Assembly: GCA_023267535.1 (NCBI GenBank)
Contig: JAHFNC010000004.1
Location: forward strand, 3,757 to 67,756
Source of the DNA: a bacterium
GTDB lineage: Bacteria; Patescibacteriota; Minisyncoccia; Phycocordibacterales; UBA5272
Direction of reading: 5' to 3'
Length of the DNA: 64,000 nt
The notes under the pieces are model-generated. The model made no database searches, was not told the origin of the DNA, and saw only the letters and a list, made by a program, of their open reading frames with translations. Of the stretch, positions 26,827 through 37,418 are shown piece by piece. Within the stretch, counting starts at the first letter, position 1. The number at the start of each line of letters is the position of its first letter. Made by a program: the position numbers and the translations under genes.

Positions 26827-28123
26827 CAACGATATAAATTCGCGTGTTGAGCAATTTGAAAAAAGATCTTATCTTCTTAAAAAAGAAAGAGAAGAAGAAA
26901 GAAGCGATGAGAAATACAATAAAATTCCTATAAAAATCAACAAAAAAAACAGAAGTGACTCAATTCACATTCGTCGAAAGTCAGGTACAAGTTTCGGAAC
27001 ATGGGTATTTATTGGTTTTGTTTTACTTTTGGTTACAATTGTTTGTTTACTTTCTTTTGTCTTTAATTCAGCAACAATTACCTACAAACCAAAATATTCA
27101 GATATAGATTTAAATAATCAAAATAAGAATTTCACTTTTAATTTACAAGGAACAACAGGCGCTGTTCACTTTGTAATTGCCACTACGACAATAACCAAAA
27201 CTCAAGTTCTTCCACTGTCTGAATCAAAAGCAGTACAAAGCAAAGCTTCTGGAAAAATAATTGTTTACAATAAATTTGACTCTTCTCCACAAAAATTAAT
27301 TAAAAATACTCGTTTCGAATCGTCCGCCGGAAAAATCTACAGAATAAATCAGTCAATCACTATCCCAGGTAAAAATGGAGATACTCCAGGAAGTGTGGAA
27401 GTTACTGTTTATGCAGATAGTTATGGCTCTGATTATAATTCTGACCCAACTGATTTCACTATTCCCGGATTCAAGGGCTCGCCACGATACACCGGATTCT
27501 TTGCAAGGTCAGACGGAGCATTAACAGGAGGTGCTTCTGGTAACGCTTCTATTGCTTCACAGACAGATATAAATTCTGCGAAGGATGAATTAGCTTTAGA
27601 ATTGACCCAAGAGTTAAAAACTGCACTTAAGAAGACAACAATGAATGGATATTTAGGTTTGTATGACAACATTCAAGTAAAGTTTGCTGACAATGAAGCC
27701 GATTTGAAAGTTGGTAACGCTTCAACTTATCAAGTGACGGCGACTGGTATTCTTATGTTTGTAGACAAAAAGGAATTAGCCACCGAAATTGCCAAAACAT
27801 TACCAACAGAAAGATACACCAATGAAGATGTAAGATTGGATAATTCTGACAAGTTGAAGTTTTCATTAAAGGATTCGGCTGATATTGAGAGCACAAATAG
27901 TATCGACGTTTTGGTTGAAGGTAATCCGCGAATTGTTTGGACAACCAATGTTGAAATATTAAAGCAGAAATTAATTGGTCATAATAAAGCTGATTTTACA
28001 AAGGTTATGCATGATACTTCATCTATTGATAGCGCTGAAATAAACTTCTCTCCATTGTGGCTTAGTACGTTCCCTGGTGCAGAAAATAAAATAAAGTTCG
28101 TTGAACAAATCGGAAAGAACTAA
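26786..28123 (+). CDS. hypothetical membrane-anchored protein
   Basis: 445 aa; basic N-terminus, single TM, large Ser/Thr/Asn-rich extracytoplasmic region. Confidence 0.55.
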   Translation: MQDIKKPHSRSKSDNDINSRVEQFEKRSYLLKKEREEERSDEKYNKIPIKINKKNRSDSIHIRRKSGTSFGTWVFIGFVLLLVTIVCLLSFVFNSATITYKPKYSDIDLNNQNKNFTFNLQGTTGAVHFVIATTTITKTQVLPLSESKAVQSKASGKIIVYNKFDSSPQKLIKNTRFESSAGKIYRINQSITIPGKNGDTPGSVEVTVYADSYGSDYNSDPTDFTIPGFKGSPRYTGFFARSDGALTGGASGNASIASQTDINSAKDELALELTQELKTALKKTTMNGYLGLYDNIQVKFADNEADLKVGNASTYQVTATGILMFVDKKELATEIAKTLPTERYTNEDVRLDNSDKLKFSLKDSADIESTNSIDVLVEGNPRIVWTTNVEILKQKLIGHNKADFTKVMHDTSSIDSAEINFSPLWLSTFPGAENKIKFVEQIGKN

Positions 28124-28174
28124 TTTGTGTTGATTTATTATGCTTTCACTGATAAAATCAAATCTCAACTAACT

Positions 28175-28387
28175 ATGAACAACGAAGAAATTGAATTAGT
28201 GGAAGGAAGAGTAACCGAGGCGTTACCAAGCACCCTCTTTCGTGTTCAAACAAAAGACGGAAAAGAAATACTGTCATATTTGGGAGGAAGAATGAGAGTA
28301 AACAAAATAAAAATCTTAGTAGGAGACAGAGTAACAGTTCAAGTTGATCCATATGGGGGAAAAGGGAGAATAATCAAAAGACTGTAA
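28175..28387 (+). CDS. infA: Translation initiation factor IF-1
   Basis: EGRVTEALP..FRVQ..DGKEILSYLGGRMRVNKIKILVGDRVTVQVDPYGGKGRI is a canonical S1-like IF-1; start at internal ATG 28175. Confidence 0.9.
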   Translation: MNNEEIELVEGRVTEALPSTLFRVQTKDGKEILSYLGGRMRVNKIKILVGDRVTVQVDPYGGKGRIIKRL

Positions 28388-28434
28388 AGTTTTGAATTAT
28401 AGATTTCATTATTAACTAAAAATAGCCAATTATA

Positions 28435-28463
28435 TTGCATTTAATTTAAATATATAGTAGAAT
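28435..28463 (+). promoter_or_regulatory. sigma70-like promoter ahead of rpmJ/alpha operon
   Basis: -35 TTGCAT (28435-28440), 17-nt spacer, -10 TAGAAT (28458-28463). Confidence 0.4.
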
Positions 28464-28482
28464 AGCTACCATATTTTCTTTT

Positions 28483-28596
28483 ATGAAAGTTAGATCATCA
28501 CTTAAAAAAATTTGTTCGAAATGTAAGATGCTTAAGAGAGGTGGAGTACTTCGCGTAATTTGCGTTACTCCAAAACATAAACAATGCCAAGGCTAA
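28483..28596 (+). CDS. rpmJ: 50S ribosomal protein L36
   Basis: Not in ORF track (37 aa): [37 protein letters not shown] with C..C...C zinc ribbon typical of L36. Confidence 0.85.
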   Translation: MKVRSSLKKICSKCKMLKRGGVLRVICVTPKHKQCQG

Positions 28597-28603
28597 ACTA
28601 TAT

Positions 28604-28984
28604 ATGCGTATTTCAGGTATAACACTTCCAGAAAATAAGAGATTAGAGATTGCCCTTACGGCTGTTTATGGTGTCGGACGTCCTCGCGCTAAGAAAATAT
28701 TAGACAAGCTAAAGCTTGATTGGGGAATGAAGACTGCCGATCTTACACCAGAGCAAGAAAATGCTATTCGTAAAGAGATTGAATTATTCAAAACCGAAGG
28801 GGATTTGAAAAGAGACAATCAACAAAACATTAAAAGACTAAAAGACATCAAGGCCTACAGAGGTACACGTCATACCAAGCACCTTCCAGCCAGAGGACAA
28901 AGAACAAAAACAAATAGCAGAACTGTTCGTGGAAATGTTCGTCGTACTATGGGTAGCGGTCGCAGAAAGGTTGAGAAGACCTAA
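28604..28984 (+). CDS. rpsM: 30S ribosomal protein S13
   Basis: MRISGITLPENKRLEIALTAVYGVG matches S13. Confidence 0.9.
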   Translation: MRISGITLPENKRLEIALTAVYGVGRPRAKKILDKLKLDWGMKTADLTPEQENAIRKEIELFKTEGDLKRDNQQNIKRLKDIKAYRGTRHTKHLPARGQRTKTNSRTVRGNVRRTMGSGRRKVEKT

Positions 28985-28994
28985 AAAATAATAT

Positions 28995-29429
28995 ATGGGT
29001 AAAAAAAGAATTGTAAAAAAGAATAGTTCCGGAGTAGATAATGCCCTAAAAGCAAGATCTTTAGCTAGAGCAACAAAGAAGAAAATTGTTGAAGGTATTT
29101 TGTATGTGCAATCAACCTACAACAACACCGCCTTGTCATTAACAGATAAAGCAGGGAACGTTTTGGTTTGGTCATCGTCTGGTGCGCTTGGCTTCAAGGG
29201 AGCTAAAAAGGGTACACCCTTTGCAGCATCTAAGATTGCTGAGCTTATTGGTGAGAAGGCACAACAGATTGGTCTTAAGGAAGTTTCTGTAATCGTAAAA
29301 GGAGTTGGTTCAGGTAGAGAATCCGCAATTAGAACTTTTTCGGCTTTCGGAATTGAAATTACTAAAATAGTGGATAAGACACCAGTTCCACATAACGGTC
29401 CGAAGCCTCGTAAGCCTCGCCACGTATAA
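28995..29429 (+). CDS. rpsK: 30S ribosomal protein S11
   Basis: YVQSTYNNT..SLTD..GNVL.WSSSG pattern of S11. Confidence 0.9.
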   Translation: MGKKRIVKKNSSGVDNALKARSLARATKKKIVEGILYVQSTYNNTALSLTDKAGNVLVWSSSGALGFKGAKKGTPFAASKIAELIGEKAQQIGLKEVSVIVKGVGSGRESAIRTFSAFGIEITKIVDKTPVPHNGPKPRKPRHV

Positions 29430-29440
29430 TTTTAAATATT

Positions 29441-30079
29441 ATGAGTAGAATCACATGTAAAACTTGTCGTCGTTTGGGAGAATCGGTCTGTGGCCGTGAG
29501 AAGTGTGCTTATAAGAAGCGCCCTTATACTCCAGGAAAGCTAGATAGCGAAAAGAAAAGAAGATCAGCACTATCAGAATACGGTGAGCAACTTCGTGCTA
29601 AGCAAAAGATGCGTATCACTTACGGCCTAATAGAAAGACAATTCGCTACTTATGTTAAAGGCGCGACTCTTGTTCAAAAAGCTGTTAAAGGAAAAGATGC
29701 AGTCAAGGAAACAATTTCTCCTTCACTTAAACTTTATAGATTACTAGAAGGAAGATTGGATAACATTGTTTATCGTTCAGGAATTGCAAACACAAGAGCT
29801 CTTGCTCGTCAGCTTGTAAACCACGGACACGTAACTGTTAACGGTCGCAAATTAAGTATTCCTTCACACCAAACAAAAGTCGGTGATGTAATCTCTATCC
29901 GTGAGGGTAGTAAGGTTGCGAAAGTTTTTGTTGGTTTGGAAGAAAAATTAACAGCTTTAGCACCAAGTAGTGTCGTCTCTGTTAATCCAAGTAAGTTGGA
30001 AGCAAAAATAACTGGACTTCCACGTGAAGTGGAGCCAGCATTTGATACTCAGAAGGTTCTTGAGTATTACAGTAGATAA
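29441..30079 (+). CDS. rpsD: 30S ribosomal protein S4
   Basis: N-terminal CKTCRRLG zinc-type motif, S4 domain. Confidence 0.9.
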   Translation: MSRITCKTCRRLGESVCGREKCAYKKRPYTPGKLDSEKKRRSALSEYGEQLRAKQKMRITYGLIERQFATYVKGATLVQKAVKGKDAVKETISPSLKLYRLLEGRLDNIVYRSGIANTRALARQLVNHGHVTVNGRKLSIPSHQTKVGDVISIREGSKVAKVFVGLEEKLTALAPSSVVSVNPSKLEAKITGLPREVEPAFDTQKVLEYYSR

Positions 30080-30185
30080 CCCGAAAATGCAAGTGGATAA
30101 GAAAAACTTGCATTTTTTTGGTTTTTCTAGTATTATTAGATAACTTTTATAAAGCGCGCTAATTTAAAGACTTTTTTATTTTTTT

Positions 30186-31148
30186 ATGTCTTCACACTCT
30201 ATTATTTTGCCATCAAAACCAAGAATCGTTAAAGAAGACGCCCTACACGGCGTCTATGAAATTGACGGTCTATATCCAGGATATGGACACACTTTAGGTA
30301 ATTCCTTAAGAAGGATTATTCTTTCTTCTATACCAGGAGCTGCTATTACTTCTCTTTCAATAGACGGAGTAAAGCATGAATTCTCTTCAATTGACGGCAT
30401 TAAAGAAGACGTTATAACAATAATTCTAAACTTAAAGAAGCTAAACTTTAAACTACACACAGACGAAGGACAGAAGGCGACACTAAAGATAAAGGGTGCG
30501 AAGATAGTTACCGCTAATGACATTTCAATTCCATCACAGCTAGAAATACTTAACAAAGATGAGTACATTTGTGAATCAACTGCAAAGGACGTAGATGTTG
30601 TTGTTGAATTAACAATTGAAAAAGGCCTTGGTTATGTTCCTCGTGAAGAAATCCAAAAAGAAAAAGCTGATATCGGCTCTATTATTTTAGATGCTGCTTT
30701 CACTCCAATTCGTCGTGCAAGTTACGAAGTTGAGAATATGCGTGTTGGTGACAAAACTGACCACAATCGTTTAAGAGTTTCTATTGAAACAGACGGAACA
30801 ATTACTCCACACGAAGCACTAGAGCATTCAATCCACACAATGATTAGTCAATTACAAGCTGTTGTTGGTTTTAGAGAAGCAACTCCTGTAGCTCAAAAAG
30901 AAGAAGCTCCTGTCGCAAAAATATCAGAAGCTGATCTTGATGAGAGCGATGTTACAAAAATCAAAGTAGAGGATTTAAATCTTTCTACAAGAACTTTAAA
31001 CGCAATTATCTCAGCCTCAATCAGAACAGCCGGTGGTCTTTCTCGTAAAACAGAAGATGACCTTCTAAATACTGACGGTCTAGGAATAAAGGGAATTGAT
31101 GAAATAAAGAAGGCACTAGAAAATCTAGGACTTACACTTAAACAATAA
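30186..31148 (+). CDS. rpoA: DNA-directed RNA polymerase alpha subunit
   Basis: 320 aa; N-terminal domain GYGHTLGNSLRRILLSS, C-terminal alpha-CTD HhH. Confidence 0.9.
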   Translation: MSSHSIILPSKPRIVKEDALHGVYEIDGLYPGYGHTLGNSLRRIILSSIPGAAITSLSIDGVKHEFSSIDGIKEDVITIILNLKKLNFKLHTDEGQKATLKIKGAKIVTANDISIPSQLEILNKDEYICESTAKDVDVVVELTIEKGLGYVPREEIQKEKADIGSIILDAAFTPIRRASYEVENMRVGDKTDHNRLRVSIETDGTITPHEALEHSIHTMISQLQAVVGFREATPVAQKEEAPVAKISEADLDESDVTKIKVEDLNLSTRTLNAIISASIRTAGGLSRKTEDDLLNTDGLGIKGIDEIKKALENLGLTLKQ

Positions 31149-31165
31149 TTAGAAATTAAAAAGGT

Positions 31166-31519
31166 ATGAAGCATCACAAGTCATTCAGAAAATTCGGTAG
31201 AGAAAAAAATGGTCGCAAGGCGTTCGTCAGAGGTCTGATTATAAACCTTGTTCGTCATGGAAGAATTGAAACAACTCTTGCTCGCGCAAAAGAGATTCGT
31301 CCTTTCGTTGAAAAATTAGTTACTCTAGCTAAAAGCGATACTGTTGCCAGAAGAAGATTAGTTACTTCTCGTATTATTAATCAAGAGGATGAGACAATTA
31401 AGCTCTTCAAAGAACTTGCTCCAAAGTATAAAGAAGTAGCTGGAGGATACACTCGTATTATAAAATTGCCAAACCGTCTTTCTGATGGAGCTGAAAAGGC
31501 AATTATAGAATTTGTATAA
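31166..31519 (+). CDS. rplQ: 50S ribosomal protein L17
   Basis: MKHHKSFRKFGREKNGRKA..LV.HGRIETT matches L17. Confidence 0.9.
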   Translation: MKHHKSFRKFGREKNGRKAFVRGLIINLVRHGRIETTLARAKEIRPFVEKLVTLAKSDTVARRRLVTSRIINQEDETIKLFKELAPKYKEVAGGYTRIIKLPNRLSDGAEKAIIEFV

Positions 31520-31528
31520 AATAAATTT

Positions 31529-31873
31529 ATGAACTACACAATTGACGCCACAAATAAACCCCTAGGAAGACTTGCTTCAGAAGTAGCATCTATTTTGAAT
31601 TCCAAAAATGATGTTAACTTCGTTAAGAACAGAGTAGAAGAAATGACTGTCACTGTAACTAATGCTTCTAAAGTAAAAGTAACTGGCAATAAAATGAAAG
31701 ACAGTGTCCATAAGTCATTTTCTGGATATCCAAGTGGATTAAAAGAAAGAACACTTAACTATGTTGTTGCTAATAAAGGTTTTAGTGAAATTATAAGACA
31801 CGCTATAAAAGGAATGCTTCCAAAGAATAAATTACAAGATATTCGTATGAAGAATTTAACAATTGAAGAATAA
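31529..31873 (+). CDS. rplM: 50S ribosomal protein L13 (short form)
   Basis: IDATNKPLGRLASEVA, VTGNK, AIKGMLPKNKL align with L13 motifs. Confidence 0.8.
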   Translation: MNYTIDATNKPLGRLASEVASILNSKNDVNFVKNRVEEMTVTVTNASKVKVTGNKMKDSVHKSFSGYPSGLKERTLNYVVANKGFSEIIRHAIKGMLPKNKLQDIRMKNLTIEE

Positions 31874-31878
31874 AGATT

Positions 31879-32286
31879 ATGACTACTGATACAAAAAATC
31901 GCTATATTGAAGGAATTGGTCGCAGAAAGACTGCTATTGCTCGTGTTCGTATAACTCCTGCTACTAAAGGGTCTTTCACTATAAATGATAAAGACATAAA
32001 AGTATATTTTGATACTAATGATTTACAAGCAATCGCTCAAAGTGCCATTACCAAAACTGAAATCAAAGATAAATTTTTAATAACAGTAAAAGTTTCTGGT
32101 GGTGGAATACACGCACAGGCTGAAGCAATTCGTCACGGACTTTCTCGTGCTTTAGTTATAAGAGACGAAGATATAAAAAACACCCTAAAGAAATTAGGTT
32201 TCCTAAAGAGAGATCCAAGACAAGTTGAAAGAAAGAAATTCGGACTTAAGAAGGCTCGTAAAGCTCCAACATGGAGTAAGAGATAG
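31879..32286 (+). CDS. rpsI: 30S ribosomal protein S9
   Basis: GIGRRKTAIARVRI ... GGG.HAQAEAIRHG.SRAL ... KAPTWSKR. Confidence 0.9.
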   Translation: MTTDTKNRYIEGIGRRKTAIARVRITPATKGSFTINDKDIKVYFDTNDLQAIAQSAITKTEIKDKFLITVKVSGGGIHAQAEAIRHGLSRALVIRDEDIKNTLKKLGFLKRDPRQVERKKFGLKKARKAPTWSKR

Positions 32287-32296
32287 GTTAGGTAAT

Positions 32297-32326
32297 TTAA
32301 ACCCCCGCGAAGGGGTTTTAAATTTG
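32297..32326 (+). terminator. Rho-independent terminator after rpsI
   Basis: aaaccccc-gcgaa-ggggttt hairpin followed by TAAATTT. Confidence 0.7.
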
Positions 32327-32384
32327 ACAGAATAGACGATTTCGTTTATATATAATAGGTGCCTAAGGAGCACTTTTTTAAATT

Positions 32385-32963
32385 ATGAAAAAAGAAGAAA
32401 ATAAAAATGCCACAGAAATGGAGGAAATGACAGATGATGTAGAATTTGAAGAAGTGAATGAAGAAGGAGAAGTAGATACAAAAACTACGATTAAAAAATT
32501 AAGAATAAAAGTAAAAGAATTAGAAGCCGAAAAAAGAGAATACTTACTAGGTTGGCAAAGAGCTCAAGCTGATTATGCTAATCTAAAAAAAGAACATATT
32601 GGAGATATGGCAAATAGAACTAGACTAGCCAACAAAAATCTCGTTGAAGATTTAATTCCAGTTCTTGATTCTTATTACATGGCTAGAAATAATGCGGAAG
32701 CTTGGAATAAAGTAGACTCGGGATGGAGAAGCGGTATTGAATATATTTTTAATCATTTCTTATCAGTGTTAGAAAAAATAGGACTCTCATCTTTCGGAGA
32801 AGTTGGAGAAAAATTTAATCCGATTATCCACGAAAATATTGAAATTGTATCTACCGAAGATTCTTCAAAAAATGATATAATAGAGAGTATATTAGCAAAA
32901 GGATACAAAATGGGAGATACAATAATACGTCCGGCGAGAGTAAAAGTATTTCATTCTGCTTAA
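32385..32963 (+). CDS. grpE: Nucleotide exchange factor GrpE
   Basis: 192 aa; acidic N-terminus, coiled coil, C-terminal beta domain GDTIIRPARV. Confidence 0.85.
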   Translation: MKKEENKNATEMEEMTDDVEFEEVNEEGEVDTKTTIKKLRIKVKELEAEKREYLLGWQRAQADYANLKKEHIGDMANRTRLANKNLVEDLIPVLDSYYMARNNAEAWNKVDSGWRSGIEYIFNHFLSVLEKIGLSSFGEVGEKFNPIIHENIEIVSTEDSSKNDIIESILAKGYKMGDTIIRPARVKVFHSA

Positions 32964-33003
32964 GATAAAAGTTAGTAAATTATAAATTTAATTATTTAAA
33001 ACT

Positions 33004-34872
33004 ATGTCAAAGATTATTGGTATTGATTTGGGAACAACAAACTGTGCTGTGGCCATCATAGAAGGAGGACAGCCGAAAATAATAGAAAATGTTGAGGGTA
33101 ATAGAACTACCCCTTCTGTTGTTTCTGTAAATAAAAATGGTGAAAGATCTGTGGGTCTTATCGCTAAGCGTCAAGCCGTAACCAACGCCAAAGATACTAT
33201 TTACGGAGTAAAGCGCTTCATGGGACATTCTTTTAAAGATAAGGAGGTTCAAAATGACATTCCTAATGTAGCGTATGGTATTAAGGAAGGAGATAACGGC
33301 GGAACATTAATCACACTTTCCGGGAAAGATTATCGTCCAGAAGAAATTTCAGCAATGATTTTACAAAAAATAAAAGCTGATGTAGAGGCTAAACTTGGAG
33401 AAAAAATCACTGAAGCGGTGATAACTGTTCCTGCATATTTTAATGATACACAACGTCAAGCAACAGTAGACGCCGGAAAAATTGCCGGCCTTGATGTTAA
33501 AAGAATTATTCCTGAACCGACAGCAGCCGCTCTTGCATATGGTTTTAACTCACAAAAAAATGAAAAGCTGGCTGTCTTTGATTTTGGTGGAGGCACATTT
33601 GATATTTCTATTTTAGAAGTAGGGGATGGGGTGGTTGAAGTAAAATCAGTTGATGGTGACTCTCACCTTGGAGGACGTGACATTGACCAAAAGTTTGTTC
33701 AATTTATCGCATCTGAATTTAAAAAAGAATCAGGTATTGATATTACAGCTGACCCATTAGCACTTCAGAGATTAGATGAGGCCGCAGAAAAAGCAAAACA
33801 CGAACTTTCAACTCAATTAGAAACCGAAATAAATCTTCCGTTTATTACATCAGACGCTAATGGTCCAAAGCACTTGGTTATTAAGGTAACAAGAGCGTCA
33901 CTTGAAAATATTGCAAAAGAATTTATAGATAGAGCTTTAGTTATTACACAAAGAGCGTTGGACAATTCTCCATTTAAAAAAGAAGAAATACATGAAATTA
34001 TTATGGTTGGCGGACAAACCAGAATGCCAATGATTGTTGAAGCTGTTAAAAATCTTTTTGGAAAAGAACCAAACCGAACAATTAACCCAGATGAAGTGGT
34101 AGCGCTCGGCGCCGCTGTTCAAGCTGGAGTTCTTCAAGGTGATGTAAAGGATGTTTTACTTTTGGATGTCATTCCGCTTTCACTTGGGATTGAAACCATG
34201 GGTGGAGTTTCTACAAAACTTGTTGAGAAAAACATGACTATACCAACATCAAAGTCACAAATATTTTCAACCGCTGCTGATAATCAGACTTCAGTTGAAA
34301 TTCATATCGTTCAAGGAGAGCGTCCGATGGCTACAGATAACAAATCACTAGGTAGATTTATTCTAGACGGTATTCCACCTGCGCCTCGTGGTATGCCTCA
34401 AGTGGAAGTAACTTTTGATGTTGACGCTAATGGCATACTACAAGTAAAAGCAAAAGATAAAACCAGTGGAAAAGAACAATCAATTCGCATAGAAGCCTCA
34501 TCTGGTTTAACTGATGAGGATATCAAGAAGATGCAACAAGATGCTGAAGCTCATGCCGAAGAAGATAAAAAGAAAAGGGAGTTGGCTGAAGAGAAAAATA
34601 TGTCAGATGCTTTAGTTCATACCGCCGAGAAAGCACTTAAAGAGGCTGAGGGTAAAATAGGAGATGATGTAAAGAAAGAAATTGAAGATAAAATAAATGC
34701 TTTAAGAACTGCTCGTAATGGTGAAGATGTATCTTTGATTAAATCTTCGGCCGAGGAATTATCTGCTTCTATGATGAAAATAGGTGAAGCTATGCAAAAA
34801 GCACAATCGGAATCAAATACTACTGAAACAAACACAGAAAATACAAACCCTACTGACGAAAATAAAGGATAA
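33004..34872 (+). CDS. dnaK: Chaperone DnaK (Hsp70)
   Basis: [35 protein letters not shown] signatures. Confidence 0.95.
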   Translation: MSKIIGIDLGTTNCAVAIIEGGQPKIIENVEGNRTTPSVVSVNKNGERSVGLIAKRQAVTNAKDTIYGVKRFMGHSFKDKEVQNDIPNVAYGIKEGDNGGTLITLSGKDYRPEEISAMILQKIKADVEAKLGEKITEAVITVPAYFNDTQRQATVDAGKIAGLDVKRIIPEPTAAALAYGFNSQKNEKLAVFDFGGGTFDISILEVGDGVVEVKSVDGDSHLGGRDIDQKFVQFIASEFKKESGIDITADPLALQRLDEAAEKAKHELSTQLETEINLPFITSDANGPKHLVIKVTRASLENIAKEFIDRALVITQRALDNSPFKKEEIHEIIMVGGQTRMPMIVEAVKNLFGKEPNRTINPDEVVALGAAVQAGVLQGDVKDVLLLDVIPLSLGIETMGGVSTKLVEKNMTIPTSKSQIFSTAADNQTSVEIHIVQGERPMATDNKSLGRFILDGIPPAPRGMPQVEVTFDVDANGILQVKAKDKTSGKEQSIRIEASSGLTDEDIKKMQQDAEAHAEEDKKKRELAEEKNMSDALVHTAEKALKEAEGKIGDDVKKEIEDKINALRTARNGEDVSLIKSSAEELSASMMKIGEAMQKAQSESNTTETNTENTNPTDENKG

Positions 34873-34995
34873 AATACTTAGGAACTTGTTGCGAAGTATT
34901 TTATCCTTTTCAACTCCTCGGCTCGGAAATGTGAAAGATTACTTTTCCACTTCTCTCGCTCTACGTCGTTAATAAAACAACTGAATAATCTAAAA

Positions 34996-35036
34996 ACAAA
35001 AACAGCCGTCGCAATTCCTGCGACGGCTGTTAAATT
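34996..35036. terminator. Bidirectional rho-independent terminator
   Basis: acagccgtcgca-attcc-tgcgacggctgt 12-bp stem hairpin between convergent dnaK and the minus-strand ORF. Confidence 0.75.
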
Positions 35037-35818
35037 TAAGAGCATTGATAAACTTCGTTCACAGCCTTTTTCATTTCTTCTTCTGTAACGATTGGTCTTT
35101 CTTCATTTAGAAAGTTTTGTAAATTACTGACGTTTATGAGAGACAAAACATCCCTCAACGGCCTGTTGAACCTTCCGTATTCAATAGGAGAAATCAGTAG
35201 CGTATTTTTTCTCTTAAGGAAATCAAAAAACGGAATTCCGTTTACCCTACAAAAGTTACGACAAGCATCATTAAACAAATCACACAGCGAATGGACCAGT
35301 TGTTGATCATACATAAAATCTGATCCATCATGATAACGGAAACACCAGTGAAAGGACCTCCTAGCCAGAGTATGTTTATGTTTTTTGTAAATCAAATCAA
35401 TCAAATTTTTTGCTTTGTTGCAGATTTCTTCCTCTTGATGATCGCCGTGCTGTATCCAACTGACAGTGGCAGAAGAAGGAAAAACATTTTCTGAAAAAAC
35501 TTCGCCAGTATAACTGACAGAGAATTTAACTGCGATAACAGGAGTGGAAACCCCTTCTCGTAAACCAAAATACCTTTTGATATCTCTGTTAAAAAGATTT
35601 ATGCTTTGTGGCATTTTTGAGTAAGGAAGATTTTTTAAACACATGTCTACAACTTCGGTGTTTAAAAAACGAAGTGGAGGAATAATACCCACCACAACTA
35701 AAACCCATCCAGTCTCATTTTCTTCAACAAAAAATCCGTCTTCCCTGACCATAGCACCAACCGGGTCAAGGGCTAAGCAATGAAAAACTTCACTACTCTC
35801 ACTTATCAAGGAGCTCAT
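35036..35818 (-). CDS. hypothetical protein inserted between dnaK and dnaJ
   Basis: 260 aa ORF on opposite strand; His/Cys-rich segments (HGDHQEEE, HKH, C..C) but no fold recognised. Confidence 0.45.
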   Translation of the reverse strand: MSSLISESSEVFHCLALDPVGAMVREDGFFVEENETGWVLVVVGIIPPLRFLNTEVVDMCLKNLPYSKMPQSINLFNRDIKRYFGLREGVSTPVIAVKFSVSYTGEVFSENVFPSSATVSWIQHGDHQEEEICNKAKNLIDLIYKKHKHTLARRSFHWCFRYHDGSDFMYDQQLVHSLCDLFNDACRNFCRVNGIPFFDFLKRKNTLLISPIEYGRFNRPLRDVLSLINVSNLQNFLNEERPIVTEEEMKKAVNEVYQCS

Positions 35819-35908
35819 TTTTCCTCCACTTTTTAATTATGGAAAACTGTTAAGTATACTATCACGATTCTTTATAAAATCAATTATTATTGTTATAATA
35901 GAGACCAT

Positions 35909-36202
35909 ATGAATTTAACCGCCTTAGCTAATAGTTTTACAACAAATGTAATCAGTGCCATCGCTTTTTTATTAATGACTGGTTCAATAACGGCATTTTT
36001 TTACGGAACTTTTGTATTTCTTGTAAATCAACAAAAGGGAGATAGCGCAAAAAGTAATGATGGAAAACAATTTATGTTATGGGGATTAATTTCACTTTTT
36101 GTTATGTTTTCTGTTTGGGGGATAATAACAGCTCTACAAGTCAATCTTGGGTTTGGCACAAGCACCAACATACAAATTCCTGCCATGAACGTTGGTCAAT
36201 AA
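35909..36202 (+). CDS. small two-TM membrane protein (pilin/TrbC-like topology)
   Basis: 97 aa; two hydrophobic helices separated by charged loop. Confidence 0.4.
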   Translation: MNLTALANSFTTNVISAIAFLLMTGSITAFFYGTFVFLVNQQKGDSAKSNDGKQFMLWGLISLFVMFSVWGIITALQVNLGFGTSTNIQIPAMNVGQ

Positions 36203-36266
36203 TTTTTGTTTTTAGTGTAAATAATTTAGACTTTATATATTTGTTTTTTTATGTTATAAATCTTCT

Positions 36267-37352
36267 ATGACAAAGAACTATTACGATGTTTTAGGAATCG
36301 AAAAATCAGCTTCAAAAGATGAAATTAAGAAGGCTTTTTATAAGCTAGCTTCAAAATATCACCCTGATAAAAAAGGAGGAGACGAGGCTAAATTCAAAGA
36401 AGTAAACGAAGCCTATCAAATTTTATCCGATGAAAAGAAGAGGAAAGAATACGATACCTATGGACAAACATTTTCTGGCTCTGGAGCAAGAGCGGGGGGA
36501 TTTGGTTTTGAGGGATTTGACGCTTCTGACTTTTCAAATATGCAATTTGATTTTGGAGACTTAGGAGATATCTTTGGTGATATGTTCGGAATGGGTGGAT
36601 CACCATTTGGTGGGCCTCGTCAAAAAAGAGGGCGCGATATTTCTCTTGAGGTAGACATTTCTTTTTCCGAATCAATTTTTGGAACACAAAGAGATGTGCT
36701 GATAAGCAAAGTTGGACAATGTAAAACCTGCAAAGGAACAGGGGCAAAACACGGAACCGAAACAACAACTTGTGAGATTTGTAACGGTAAAGGAAAAGTT
36801 CACGACACTAAGAAAACTTTTATGGGAACATTCCAAACTGTAAAGACTTGCAGTAACTGTAATGGTAAAGGAAAAGTTGCCAAAGAGAAATGTCACGATT
36901 GTCGTGGAGCTGGAGTTCATACTATGAAAGAAGATATTCACATAGAAGTGCCGGCTGGAATATCAAACGGAGAAATGATTAGATTGTCACAAATGGGAGA
37001 AGCTATCTCAGGAGGACTGTCTGGTGATTTATATGTCAGAGTGAATGTCGCGTCTCATAAAGAATGGAAAAGGGAGGGAGCTGATTTAATTATTAAGCAT
37101 AGTATTAAATTAACTGATGCTTTACTTGGAGCAAAGCACACGATACACGGATTAGATGGCGACATAAATATAGAAATTGCACCTGGCGCTTCCGCTGGAG
37201 AAATTTTACGAGTAAGGGGACGAGGCGTTCCTTCTGTTCACGATAAAATAAAAAGAGGAGACGCTCTTGTAAAACTAGACATCATTATGCCAAAGAAGTT
37301 AACCAAAAAAGCGATGAAGTTAGTGGAGGAAATGAAAGAGGAGGGGCTATAA
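36267..37352 (+). CDS. dnaJ: Chaperone DnaJ
   Basis: J domain YYDVLGIEKSASKDEIKKAF..HPDK; G/F region; four CxxCxGxG repeats. Confidence 0.95.
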   Translation: MTKNYYDVLGIEKSASKDEIKKAFYKLASKYHPDKKGGDEAKFKEVNEAYQILSDEKKRKEYDTYGQTFSGSGARAGGFGFEGFDASDFSNMQFDFGDLGDIFGDMFGMGGSPFGGPRQKRGRDISLEVDISFSESIFGTQRDVLISKVGQCKTCKGTGAKHGTETTTCEICNGKGKVHDTKKTFMGTFQTVKTCSNCNGKGKVAKEKCHDCRGAGVHTMKEDIHIEVPAGISNGEMIRLSQMGEAISGGLSGDLYVRVNVASHKEWKREGADLIIKHSIKLTDALLGAKHTIHGLDGDINIEIAPGASAGEILRVRGRGVPSVHDKIKRGDALVKLDIIMPKKLTKKAMKLVEEMKEEGL

Positions 37353-37418
37353 AACAAAAAAGTACACGACCTTTATGTGCTTTAGTTTTTCTGTTTATTA
37401 AGTTACAATATTCATATT

